Shown piece by piece: positions 8,475 to 17,752 of a stretch of 22,028 bases of DNA. The stretch's first letter is position 1. Every line of letters starts with the position of its first letter. The DNA is from Fibrobacteria bacterium (GTDB taxonomy: Bacteria > Fibrobacterota > Fibrobacteria > UBA11236), in contig JAYTSD010000022.1 of assembly GCA_043745805.1 (NCBI GenBank), positions 1-22,028 on the forward strand. Direction: 5' to 3'. The notes under the pieces are model-generated. The model searched no databases and was not told where the DNA came from. It saw nothing but the letters and a program-made list of their open reading frames with translations. The position numbers and the translations under genes were made by a program.

Positions 8475-8915
8475 TTAAGCCCGTGAGCTTTGTGGCGATA
8501 CCGAGGTTTTTCCCGATGATTCAAAACTAGTTTTAAGACGAATTCTTTCTCCGCCTATTATAGTGGCGCTTAATTCGAAGGAAAGTCTAAATTCCAAAGG
8601 GTCCACGGGAATAGGACGCACCACCACTTTTTCTAAACGCGGTTCATATTTATTAGTGAGCTTTAAAATACTTTTTTCTAATTGCAATAAACTATCGGGT
8701 AAATTACGGTACACTTCCGTAATATCCGGTAAACCATAATCATCAAGATGCGGAACCGATCCTTGGCGTGTATTAAACATTCGCCATAAATGTTCTGCAA
8801 TACTTTTGATGCGTCTCTCACGAGCTGGAACACTTTCGGTTTTTGTGCCATCTACGTATTGACCTGATATTTTTTCAAAAAGGCTTTCGCCCGTGAATTG
8901 TTGGGATGCTGCCAT
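8475..8915 (-). CDS. tssE: T6SS baseplate subunit TssE (gp25-like)
   Basis: SLFEKI…HLWRMFNTRQGSVPHLDDYGLPDI…YEPRL, the gp25/TssE signature. Lies between hcp and tssF. Confidence 0.93.
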   Translation of the reverse strand: MAASQQFTGESLFEKISGQYVDGTKTESVPARERRIKSIAEHLWRMFNTRQGSVPHLDDYGLPDITEVYRNLPDSLLQLEKSILKLTNKYEPRLEKVVVRPIPVDPLEFRLSFELSATIIGGERIRLKTSFESSGKTSVSPQSSRA

Positions 8916-8927
8916 AAAATTAAAGAT

Positions 8928-8957
8928 AAAAAAAGGGCCGGTGATAAACCGACCCTT
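8928..8957 (-). terminator. Rho-independent terminator downstream of hcp
   Basis: Minus strand reads AAGGGTCGGT-TTATC-ACCGGCCC followed by a run of 7 T, starting 21 nt after the hcp stop. Confidence 0.8.
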
Positions 8958-8978
8958 AACTAATACTTTCGCAAGTAA

Positions 8979-9470
8979 TTAGGCGTGAGTACGATCTTCC
9001 CAATCGTCAGATGCCATAATACCACCTTCTTCAATACTCCAAGTAATTTTTGAATAGGTGAAAGAAATATTTTCCATGTGAGGAAGATATTCAAAATTCT
9101 TGTCTTTTACGCTCTTCATATCCGTTTCGATATTAACGATATGCACGCCTTCGAGAAGATAGGTGAAAAACAATTCTTCGCCACCTTTTGGGTTTACGCG
9201 ATTGATTTTAATTTCAGCCGTTTTAATGGTCTCATTGGTGCAAAGCATATGAAATAATAAAGGGGAACTTTTGTCCAAAGCCTTACAAATAATCATAGGC
9301 TTATGCATACGACGACCAGTTGCTTGGCCGGTATGTGCATCACGAGGAACAGAAACATCATGGGAAATAGAAAGCACTTCAATCGTGTCTTCATGTCCTT
9401 TTTGTTTTACAGCGCCTTTAATTTCACCCGATTTGGTGCCAACGATTTTGAGGTATCCTGATCTAGCCAT
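8979..9470 (-). CDS. hcp: T6SS inner tube protein Hcp (TssD)
   Basis: YLKIVG..SGEIKG, HDVSVPRDAHTGQATGRRMHKP, KALDKSSPLL and ENISFTYSKITW. Strong RBS AAGGAG upstream. Confidence 0.97.
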   Translation of the reverse strand: MARSGYLKIVGTKSGEIKGAVKQKGHEDTIEVLSISHDVSVPRDAHTGQATGRRMHKPMIICKALDKSSPLLFHMLCTNETIKTAEIKINRVNPKGGEELFFTYLLEGVHIVNIETDMKSVKDKNFEYLPHMENISFTYSKITWSIEEGGIMASDDWEDRTHA

Positions 9471-9552
9471 TTTATATCTCCTTAATTTGGTGTTCTTTTC
9501 TAAAGTCCGGTGTTACTCTCACCTTGAAGTATAATATCGTATTTATTTTTGC

Positions 9553-9582
9553 CCCTTTCTGTGACCACCGTCACATAAAGGG
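9553..9582. other. Intergenic stem-loop between tssC and hcp
   Basis: CCCTTTCTGTGAC-CACC-GTCACATAAAGGG, a 13-bp stem with 1 mismatch. There is no U-tract on the coding (minus) strand, so it is more likely a stability or processing hairpin than an intrinsic terminator. Confidence 0.55.
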
Positions 9583-9604
9583 AAACTTTTTTAAAAGTTC
9601 TTGC

Positions 9605-11095
9605 TTAACCTTTGCCCTTAGGCATTTGTGAAACAAGTTGCAAGTTCACATCGATACCTTCGACTTGAAAATGCGGTTGTACAGCCATAGCCACTGAGAA
9701 GAAACCAGGATTATCAGCCTTTTCAGAAACCGTAATCTTAGCAGCGCTTAATGGACGTAAAGCCGCTAATTCTGGACTAGGATTTTTCATTTCCGTTACT
9801 AAACTCTTGATCCAAGTATTCAACTCCGCTTCCAATACCGCAGCGCTCTTAGTGGCTCCAATATTTTCACGTTGAATCACCTTGAGATAATGTGCTAAAC
9901 GAGAAGTAAGCATGATATAAGGCAAGCGAGAGTTAACTCTTGCATTGGCAGATACCGCTGGATCATCATACGCTTGAGCTTTCTGAGCAGAGTTTGCCGA
10001 GAAAAAGCAAGCATAATTACGATTTTTATAAAAGCTTAAGGGAATAAATCCTTGATTGGCAAATTCAAATTCCCGAGTTTCAGGAATTAAAATTTCCGTA
10101 GGAATTTTCATTTGATTGCCACGACCCACATCATATAAGTGAATGGGTAAATCTTCAACCTTACCACCACTTTCAGGACCGCGAATTTGTACACACCAGC
10201 CATTATCTTGGAAAGAGCGCATCATATTAGCCGCGAATGAAAAGGAAGCGTTACCCCAGCAATATTTTTCATGCTCATCGCCGGTAACTCGCTCGGTATA
10301 ATTAAACTCTTTAATTGGTGCCGTTTCTTGGCTATAGGGTAAGCGCAAAAGAAAACGAGGTAATACTAAACCAGTATAACGTGCATTTTCACTTTCACGG
10401 AAAGCTTTCCATTTCAAGAATTCAGCACGATCCATATAATTAGCCAAATCTTCAATGGCTGGTAAATCACGAATATCTTTCTTTAAAAAGAATTCACTAT
10501 TGGCCGCACCGATGAACGGGCAATGCGCCGAAGCAGCAATTTTGGAAAGATTTTGCAATAAAGCCACATCTTGAGGTTTCGAATTAAATTCATAATTAGA
10601 AATAATAGCCCCGATAGGTTCGCCACCTGGAGTGTCATATTCTTGTGTATAAACATGCTTGTAAAGACCACTCTGAATAGTTTCTGGAGAGTCTTCAAAA
10701 TCTTGTTGTACGGCATCTTTAGAGACATCCAACATTTCAATTTTTGCATTCTTACGAAAATCAGTGCGATCCACTAAGAACTTTAATCCGCGCCATGAGC
10801 TTTCCAATTTTTGAAATTGATCGCTATGCATAATGGCATCGAGCTGGCGAGACATTTTTTCATCAATTAAAGCAATATGCTGATCGAGTAAAGCTTTGTC
10901 GATTTTATCAACTGAGCTACTGCTCTCCACTACACTTTGTACAAACACGCGTAGGGCCGCGCCAATACGTTCATTCGCTTTATGATCAAATAGCGAATCC
11001 GCATCGCGATAACTGGCCAAATCAACTGGGGCAGTTGGTGCCTCCAAGTTCATGGTTTCTAAAATATATTCGAGATTTTGTTTTTGTTCTGCCAT
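9605..11095 (-). CDS. tssC: T6SS contractile sheath large subunit TssC (VipB)
   Basis: QLDAIMHS..FQKLESSWRGLKFLV, EYDTPGGEP, AASAHCPFI, PRFLLRLPY, VQIRGPESGG, REFEFANQGFIPL and RLAHYLKVIQRENIG. Confidence 0.98.
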   Translation of the reverse strand: MAEQKQNLEYILETMNLEAPTAPVDLASYRDADSLFDHKANERIGAALRVFVQSVVESSSSVDKIDKALLDQHIALIDEKMSRQLDAIMHSDQFQKLESSWRGLKFLVDRTDFRKNAKIEMLDVSKDAVQQDFEDSPETIQSGLYKHVYTQEYDTPGGEPIGAIISNYEFNSKPQDVALLQNLSKIAASAHCPFIGAANSEFFLKKDIRDLPAIEDLANYMDRAEFLKWKAFRESENARYTGLVLPRFLLRLPYSQETAPIKEFNYTERVTGDEHEKYCWGNASFSFAANMMRSFQDNGWCVQIRGPESGGKVEDLPIHLYDVGRGNQMKIPTEILIPETREFEFANQGFIPLSFYKNRNYACFFSANSAQKAQAYDDPAVSANARVNSRLPYIMLTSRLAHYLKVIQRENIGATKSAAVLEAELNTWIKSLVTEMKNPSPELAALRPLSAAKITVSEKADNPGFFSVAMAVQPHFQVEGIDVNLQLVSQMPKGKG

Positions 11096-11097
11096 AA

Positions 11098-11607
11098 TTA
11101 CTCCTTACTACCACCATCCGAAGGGACCACGTTTTCAAGCTCTGCAAGAATTCCATCCATTGCGGTTTTATCTTTGATAATACCTTCTAAGCGCTTACGG
11201 AACTCACGATTATCCAATAAGTTCGATCGCAAGTCCTTTAATAAGTTACGTGCGCCTAGCAATTTGCTGAGCTCAGGAACTTGTTTTACAACTTCTTGTG
11301 GTTCAAAGGATTTCATATCCTTGAATTTTAAATTCACTTTTAAATCGCCGCCGTCGGGATTGATTTTGTTCTCTACCGAGAAATCCAATTTCAAATCTAA
11401 GCTATCCATTACTTGATTAAAATTATCTTTATTTACACTGATTTTTTCTTTATCAGCAAGACGAGTGGTATCGCCCTTTTGGGAAAAGTCACCCATCACT
11501 AACATTTTTAAGGGTAATTCTACTTTTTTTTGAGCGCCGCCTTTATCAACATTCAATTGAATGTTAACGCGAGCTGGCGGGATTTCATTTTGAAAATTTC
11601 CGGACAT
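11098..11607 (-). CDS. tssB: T6SS contractile sheath small subunit TssB (VipA)
   Basis: FQNEIPPARVNI…GAQKKVELPLKMLVMGDFS…F.PQEVVKQVPEL..LL.ARNLLKDL. RBS GAGGAG. Confidence 0.98.
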   Translation of the reverse strand: MSGNFQNEIPPARVNIQLNVDKGGAQKKVELPLKMLVMGDFSQKGDTTRLADKEKISVNKDNFNQVMDSLDLKLDFSVENKINPDGGDLKVNLKFKDMKSFEPQEVVKQVPELSKLLGARNLLKDLRSNLLDNREFRKRLEGIIKDKTAMDGILAELENVVPSDGGSKE

Positions 11608-11639
11608 AAAGACTCCTCGGGATGAGTGAAAGGTGAAAA

Positions 11640-11667
11640 ATTATAAAATCTCTGAGCATTAAAACAA
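11640..11667 (-). promoter_or_regulatory. Putative internal promoter for tssB-tssC-hcp
   Basis: Minus strand TTGTTT (11667-11662), 16 nt, then TATAAT (11645-11640), within the 103-nt AT-rich tssA-tssB gap. Confidence 0.45.
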
Positions 11668-11710
11668 ATAATAATGACCTTTTTAAAAGAAATATTGAAA
11701 TGATCGGCAA

Positions 11711-13240
11711 CTAAACCGACAATTGCATTGCCTTTACCGGATCCAAACGACCTACTTTTTGCAAAAACTGTTCCGCTTTTGCTTTGAGCTGAGGTTTTTC
11801 GATTTCATCTGCCGCATCGGCGATAGCATTATACACTTTAAACAATAAGATATAGGCATTCAAACATATTTCGCCGTCCCAATTTTCTAGATCATGCCTT
11901 TGCATTAAATCCAACAATTCCTGCAAAATGAATTGGGCCATGCGCAGTTTTTTGCTGTGATAGAAAAGCTCGGCAATTAAATAGCGGCGGTCAAAATTGC
12001 GAAGAGCGCTGGAATCATTGACTATACCGGTGCGGTAAACGGCTACGGCCTCTTCCAATTTATTTTCGCTCATTAATTCATTGGCCTGCTTGGCTTCTTC
12101 CGCAATATCCCCTTTGCGCTTTATAGCAAATCCGCCTCCACCACCGCCTAATGCGGCTTTCACCGTATCATTTAACCAATCGCGAGTGAGCGCATCGGCA
12201 AATGGTGTTCCATCGGAGTATTGCAGATTAGGAAGATTAGGAAGCCTTTGTAAAAGCAAAGCGATTTCCAACATAATAGCTTTTGCACAGGTGGCATACT
12301 CCCCGCCCATTCCTTGTAAGGCTAAACAGGCATAGCGTTGTAAATCAAACCAGAATAACATATCATCGCGTGTGAAAGCATTTTCCACCCCAGACGATAA
12401 ATTAGCCCAATCCTGACTTTCGACGAGATTAGCAAATACCTGAACAATTTCAGCATCCGGAGGTGGAATTTCGGTTAAGCCATTTTGATTGGGAGGCATA
12501 GAAAGAATATCCGTCCATTTAGTCATACGCAAGAGACGGTAACCTAGAGGAGACTGCACTTGATTTTCCAAATAATAACCGGCTACTTTTTGCAATAAAA
12601 CTTCCGCATCGGAAACGGAGTCTAATGTGCCAGCGCTAGAGGAATTATTGTTTCCAGCATTTCCACCCGATGCCGATGAACTACTGGCTTCCGCTTCAGC
12701 CTTAGGTTCTTCGGGCTTATAACGCTCCGCAAATCCGCGAATCACCTTGAAAAAATTAAGGTAAGCCGTCGATCCTTCGGGTGATTTTTCTTGTAGAAAA
12801 GTTCCTAATTCGCTGAATGCTTTTTGGGCAGCTAAAAGTGCTGGATAATCCGAGGTGCTGCCATTTAAGGCTTCAAGTAAGAAGATGACCCTTTCCCCAT
12901 TTAACCATTTCAAGGCATTTAAACGTGCCGCTGGACGTAAGGGATGGATTTTTTCCCAATGTTCTTTAGTTAATTCGGCATACGCCTGAGCCGCTTCACC
13001 CAAGGCCGTTAAGCCACGATTGATGCCTACTGAAAGACAGAGGAAACCTAAAGATCGCATATCCTTGGCTTTGGCGGTCAAAAGTTTTTTACTCTCGGCT
13101 TCAATTAAATTAAAATCATTGCCCGAGTTTTTTTCCATTTCCAATTTGGCTGCTTCAAATTCGGCTTCATATTGAGGATCTTCACCGCAAAAATTGTCGG
13201 CCTGAATGGGGGCAATTAATTCTTCATAAAGTGTGACCAT
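11711..13240 (-). CDS. tssA: T6SS protein TssA (ImpA_N + VasJ-type C-terminal region)
   Basis: ImpA_N start LIAPI….CGEDPQYE.EF, KAKDMR and W..IHPLRPAARLNAL.W. Low-complexity S/A/G/N linker. VasJ-like YRLLR..KW, FWFDLQRY and LQYSDGTPFAD..TRDWL. Confidence 0.92.
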   Translation of the reverse strand: MVTLYEELIAPIQADNFCGEDPQYEAEFEAAKLEMEKNSGNDFNLIEAESKKLLTAKAKDMRSLGFLCLSVGINRGLTALGEAAQAYAELTKEHWEKIHPLRPAARLNALKWLNGERVIFLLEALNGSTSDYPALLAAQKAFSELGTFLQEKSPEGSTAYLNFFKVIRGFAERYKPEEPKAEAEASSSSASGGNAGNNNSSSAGTLDSVSDAEVLLQKVAGYYLENQVQSPLGYRLLRMTKWTDILSMPPNQNGLTEIPPPDAEIVQVFANLVESQDWANLSSGVENAFTRDDMLFWFDLQRYACLALQGMGGEYATCAKAIMLEIALLLQRLPNLPNLQYSDGTPFADALTRDWLNDTVKAALGGGGGGFAIKRKGDIAEEAKQANELMSENKLEEAVAVYRTGIVNDSSALRNFDRRYLIAELFYHSKKLRMAQFILQELLDLMQRHDLENWDGEICLNAYILLFKVYNAIADAADEIEKPQLKAKAEQFLQKVGRLDPVKAMQLSV

Positions 13241-13279
13241 TATTTCCTCCGAACAAAGTTCACTGGTACTACAAGTCTA

Positions 13280-16200
13280 TTAATGTTGACTAAACTGTTG
13301 TTGTGCATTGTTATCGATTAAAGTTGGCGAACATTCGAATTTGAAAAAATCAGGATTCACAAAAGGATGTTCCGCTTCTTGCACATCGCCATCCAATTTC
13401 ACATCAATATCATATTTTTGTGCCACGCGAAAGCGCCATTTGGCTGTAAAACCGCTAGCTTGTGGACTAAATGCGCGTGCAGCATCAAGTAATTTAAACA
13501 TGCCGAAAGGACCATCGAAGCGTTTAATTTCGGATCCACCACCAATATAATTCACAGCCAATTCCGCACCATCTTGCACATTTTCACCTGGCCAACGAAT
13601 ACGTTGTTTCGCTTGGCCTTCTTTGTTTTTGACCTGAATTTTATCCGCCCCTAAACGAAAGCTTACACTGGCTGTATTGGGAGATTCCGCTAAGATAAAA
13701 CCCGTACTATACAAACGGGGCGTGGCAGAATTATCCATGTAAAGGCGTCCAGAAATTTGTAAACCTTGTTCTAAAGTTTTTACCGCTTCGGGACGAATAC
13801 GAATTTTTAATCCATTCCAATGTTTAACCGTTAATGCGCCGTCTGCGTATTTCACCACCGGCCCTAAACGCGCTTGCATAAACTTCGCTAATTTTCCATC
13901 CGCTGAATTAAAGAACACTTTCAGATCTTCCAAATTAGTTTCTTGACCCGCCCCTTTTACAAAGGGATAGCGGCCTTGAAATTTTTGCGTGTAAAAATTG
14001 ACCACATTGTCCTTATACATTTCTTCCAATTTTTTTTCGGAAAAACCAATGAGAATCGAAACGGCATCGCGTATGGGATTTTCTAATAATGGTGTAAGCC
14101 AAGCCTTGGCATCGTCGGGAGCTTGATCTAATGAGGCACGAGCTTCACGCCACGCTATGGAAACAGGATTTTGGGGCTTGCCTGCAAAAATATCTTGCGT
14201 GAATTCCAGAGCCGCCGTTCCGCCATCATCATTAATAGCCAATTGCCCCATCACATCGCCCAAACTTTTAAGCGCATTAAAATAACTTTGCAATTCCCCA
14301 TTACCCGCATTGCCATTGAGTTTATCAATGAATGCAAATTTTTGTTTTAACTCTTTCTTCGGATCGCGACCCCCTTCAAAAAGTAAAGCTTTGAGCCTTC
14401 CCAACTTACTGTTATTTAATTTTGCGTCCGTGGCTTTTTCCATTTTAGTGGGTGCTTTATCCAAATCCACTTCTTCTTGCAATTTACCCAGCACCGCGGG
14501 CAAGCCTTGATTGGTAGAGGCATAAGCAATAATTTTTGCGGAAGCGAGCGAAAGCTCACCAGGCATCGACAAGGTTAGCCCTTGCAAATATTGCACCCAT
14601 TCTTGTGCATATGCTTGATAATAACGTTCCACTAAAGCTTTATGTAATTGCCTTTCATCTTTCATATCTTCCGGCAAAGCCATTTCTTGTCCGATCACCC
14701 AATCTTTTTGATGAGGCTCTTGTGCGCCATGTTCCAAGGCATCCATTGCTGTTCCATCATAAGCCGCATGGGTATAAATCCCTCGTATACGCCCACTATG
14801 CCGCAATAAAGCATCCGCTGGAACACCCATATCATTTAAGGCTATATCCGGCGCGTCGCTAAAACGATTCACTACCGAAGAAAACAAACCTTCGATACTT
14901 GGTGAGCCTAATAAAGCTTGGCGTGCATCCGCTATGACTTTAGGATCTCCTATCGAGGGAGGCCTAATTTTTTTGTCTACGATGGCATGGGCATAAAGCT
15001 TCGCATGTTTATCTAAACTATTAGCCATATTGCTTACAGCATTTTCAGCCCCGATTTTACTTAATAATTGATCCGTCCAAATAGCCGAAAGCTGAGTGCC
15101 TATGACGTCTGCATCTACATTCTCTAAATTTTCTTGACCTTTTTCAGAAAGCACTAAATACAACTTAAGCTTGTCGTATAAAACACTGCGATCATTAGGA
15201 TTAAAATACTGTGAAGATATTTGTAGCGAGGCTTCTAATTGGCGAAGAGCATCGCGAGCCACCATATTCTCGACTTGAAAAGCATGCATTTTAATAGCAG
15301 CCTCTAAGGCCGAGGAGGCGTGCAGGTAACCCGGAGGATACATCCACGAACTACCCTCTGTACGAATTTGTTGCAGTTTTTGAATCGCCTCATAAAGCTT
15401 TTCTAAACTTGAAAATTCTTTAGCGAAAGCGGCAGGTTCACGCCACTTTAAATGGCTAGCGACTAAAGCTACATCGGCCGTTTCACTAGAAAAACGATAG
15501 CTTTGTATAAAACCAATGGAGGAATAACATAGTAACAAGAAAGCTACCGTACCGACAATAATCGAGCCCCATAAGGATCGCTTCGACAAGCTACCCAAAC
15601 GATAGGCGGAAATACGCGCTAAGCTTTTGTCATTTTTCAAAACACCACTAAAAAATAGTTTGGTGAAATAAGTCACGACCTTGGGACCGGCACCAGGTTG
15701 GGCAAATACCGGCGCTTTTTGTGCCGCGCGAGGATTAAGCACATGACCTATTATGGTATCGCCACTTTGTGGTGAGGAAGCAAAAGCCGCACCGGCATCA
15801 GGTAACGTAGAAGTTATGCTGGTTAAAAAGAATCCGCGGAATAAAGCGCTTTCTTTGCGAAGATTTGTTTTGAATAAAAATTCTACAAAGCTGGCTAACT
15901 TTTCTTGCGCCGCGCCTAATTCATTATGGAAAAGAAAAACTTTGGGCTTAGTGGCTCCTTGCGTTTGGGCAAGACGGGCATAGGTTTTACGAATAACCCC
16001 TTCCCAAATCTTTTTGAATTCCCGTTCAAAGCGCTGTTTAGCTGGCGCTAAATTGCCACTCAAAGAAAAAGTCGCGCCTAAAATTTGTTCGGCTTCAAGG
16101 CCTTGTAAATTATCAAAGAACTCCGCAAAGCCCGGAATCAAATCCGCATGTGTAAACATTAAATAAACGGGCAATTCCAATTTCAAAGTGGTTTGAATCA

Positions 16201-16906
16201 AACCGATACGATCGCGAAATTTTGCGGCGAAGTCTTCGATATTATCATTGCCCAATAAATCTTTAAGGCTCACCACCAATAAAAGTCCATCTAGCGCTTT
16301 CGACTTGCCTTCTTTTTCAATGATGGAAAGCCATGCTTGAAATTCATCATCCCCTTCGAGGCCACTTAAATAACGCGCCGGAGTCTCAATAAAAATCCCT
16401 TGATTGGAAAAATTCCATTGGGAAAAATGTTGGGTTTGCGCCGCTCTTTGTCGCTCTTCAGGATATACTCTCGGAAAATGCACACCACCATTTTCTAATA
16501 AGGACGATTTACCCGAACCTTCTGCGCCGATCATTAAATAAAACAAAAAAAGATCGAGGGGGTTTTGTCCCACTTTTACTTTACTTTTGCCGCTTTGTTT
16601 TAAAATACTTAAAGCCGCCAAAGTCTCTTCGCGTAACGGTTCCAGCCAAGTATTGGCCATTAAGCTCTTATCGGAAAACCCCGCAAAAGATTGCGTGGAA
16701 TCTTTTTGTTTTAAAGCTTTTTGCATGCGCACAAATTGCACAATTAAAATAACAATGAGCCCAATAATCAAAGGAATGGCTGCACCTAATAAACGTGACC
16801 CAATGCCTTGCGCTCCCATAAGAGGTAAGAGAAAGAATAATATTAATGCTAATAATAAACTACTGAGCGAAACCCAAAACCAAACCGATTTAAATACCTT
16901 ACCCAT
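13280..16906 (-). CDS. tssM: T6SS membrane complex subunit TssM (IcmF)
   Basis: Two N-terminal TM helices, Walker A GAEGSGKS, LPVYLMFTHADLIPGF.EFF, FRGFFLTS, a third TM helix, and periplasmic GRYPF, FDGPFGMFKLL and HPF…FKFECS. TAATG overlap with tssL. Confidence 0.95.
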   Translation of the reverse strand: MGKVFKSVWFWVSLSSLLLALILFFLLPLMGAQGIGSRLLGAAIPLIIGLIVILIVQFVRMQKALKQKDSTQSFAGFSDKSLMANTWLEPLREETLAALSILKQSGKSKVKVGQNPLDLFLFYLMIGAEGSGKSSLLENGGVHFPRVYPEERQRAAQTQHFSQWNFSNQGIFIETPARYLSGLEGDDEFQAWLSIIEKEGKSKALDGLLLVVSLKDLLGNDNIEDFAAKFRDRIGLIQTTLKLELPVYLMFTHADLIPGFAEFFDNLQGLEAEQILGATFSLSGNLAPAKQRFEREFKKIWEGVIRKTYARLAQTQGATKPKVFLFHNELGAAQEKLASFVEFLFKTNLRKESALFRGFFLTSITSTLPDAGAAFASSPQSGDTIIGHVLNPRAAQKAPVFAQPGAGPKVVTYFTKLFFSGVLKNDKSLARISAYRLGSLSKRSLWGSIIVGTVAFLLLCYSSIGFIQSYRFSSETADVALVASHLKWREPAAFAKEFSSLEKLYEAIQKLQQIRTEGSSWMYPPGYLHASSALEAAIKMHAFQVENMVARDALRQLEASLQISSQYFNPNDRSVLYDKLKLYLVLSEKGQENLENVDADVIGTQLSAIWTDQLLSKIGAENAVSNMANSLDKHAKLYAHAIVDKKIRPPSIGDPKVIADARQALLGSPSIEGLFSSVVNRFSDAPDIALNDMGVPADALLRHSGRIRGIYTHAAYDGTAMDALEHGAQEPHQKDWVIGQEMALPEDMKDERQLHKALVERYYQAYAQEWVQYLQGLTLSMPGELSLASAKIIAYASTNQGLPAVLGKLQEEVDLDKAPTKMEKATDAKLNNSKLGRLKALLFEGGRDPKKELKQKFAFIDKLNGNAGNGELQSYFNALKSLGDVMGQLAINDDGGTAALEFTQDIFAGKPQNPVSIAWREARASLDQAPDDAKAWLTPLLENPIRDAVSILIGFSEKKLEEMYKDNVVNFYTQKFQGRYPFVKGAGQETNLEDLKVFFNSADGKLAKFMQARLGPVVKYADGALTVKHWNGLKIRIRPEAVKTLEQGLQISGRLYMDNSATPRLYSTGFILAESPNTASVSFRLGADKIQVKNKEGQAKQRIRWPGENVQDGAELAVNYIGGGSEIKRFDGPFGMFKLLDAARAFSPQASGFTAKWRFRVAQKYDIDVKLDGDVQEAEHPFVNPDFFKFECSPTLIDNNAQQQFSQH

Positions 16907-17748
16907 TAATGCGCACCTGCGTTAAGTTTTTCTAATAAATCGGATACCGAATCCAAGGGTGCCGCGCTAAAATGCATGAGCACAAAATACAGAATTATTG
17001 CCAAAGCTAAAAAGCCAAAAGAAAGTATCCATAATAAACGTCCAGTATTTTCTTTACTGGCTTTACCCGGATGCACATTGGCGGAAGGCGATAAAGCTTT
17101 GGGAGCCGCACCGCGCACCGCATCGATTTTCTTCAACATGTTACTTACAACCACGGGAAGCTTTTCGGTATTGTGTAGACGGTAACGTCCTTGGAACCCT
17201 AAGGCTAGGCATAAATAATAGACTTCTACCGATTCAATATTGCCGCGTAAATCGGCTAACATTTCTTCGAGACGTACAAAAAAATTCTCGCCCGCATTGG
17301 GATCTTTAAAAAATTTATCCTGCAAAGGCGCTTCTATCCATTGCTGACGACAAGCATGATGGGAATTAATCACCGCTTCATCAAGAAATGCTGTCAATGC
17401 ATATTTAGCCTGCTCCACTTGATCCGAAGGCTTGCGCGCTAAAGCACAGCTCCGTTCAAATTCTTTGAAATAAGAAAGCAAAAGTTTTTGCAAAGCTTCA
17501 GCAGGACCGATATCCGAAACTTCAGCTATCTTAATTCCAATCAATAATAAATCCATCGCATAAGTCGCTAGATTCGGTTGATCTTTTTGCTCCGCACTCG
17601 CTCCAAAAAGCGTTTGTCCTGCACTGGCCCCTTGGCTGCCGAACATGGTTTGCACTGCGCCATCTACCCAGTTCAAAGTTCCTTCGGATGGAGCCCGCTG
17701 CGAACGAATGGGCTGGGCCAAGCTTTTTTTTTGTCCGGGTTGCATCAT
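16906..17748 (-). CDS. tssL: T6SS membrane complex subunit TssL (DotU family) with N-terminal extension and no OmpA domain
   Basis: AKYALTAFLDEAV, W…PLQ..FF….AGENFF.RLE and EVYYLCLALGFQGRY. Single C-terminal TM helix and a short tail. Confidence 0.95.
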   Translation of the reverse strand: MMQPGQKKSLAQPIRSQRAPSEGTLNWVDGAVQTMFGSQGASAGQTLFGASAEQKDQPNLATYAMDLLLIGIKIAEVSDIGPAEALQKLLLSYFKEFERSCALARKPSDQVEQAKYALTAFLDEAVINSHHACRQQWIEAPLQDKFFKDPNAGENFFVRLEEMLADLRGNIESVEVYYLCLALGFQGRYRLHNTEKLPVVVSNMLKKIDAVRGAAPKALSPSANVHPGKASKENTGRLLWILSFGFLALAIILYFVLMHFSAAPLDSVSDLLEKLNAGAH

Positions 17749-17752
17749 AGTT

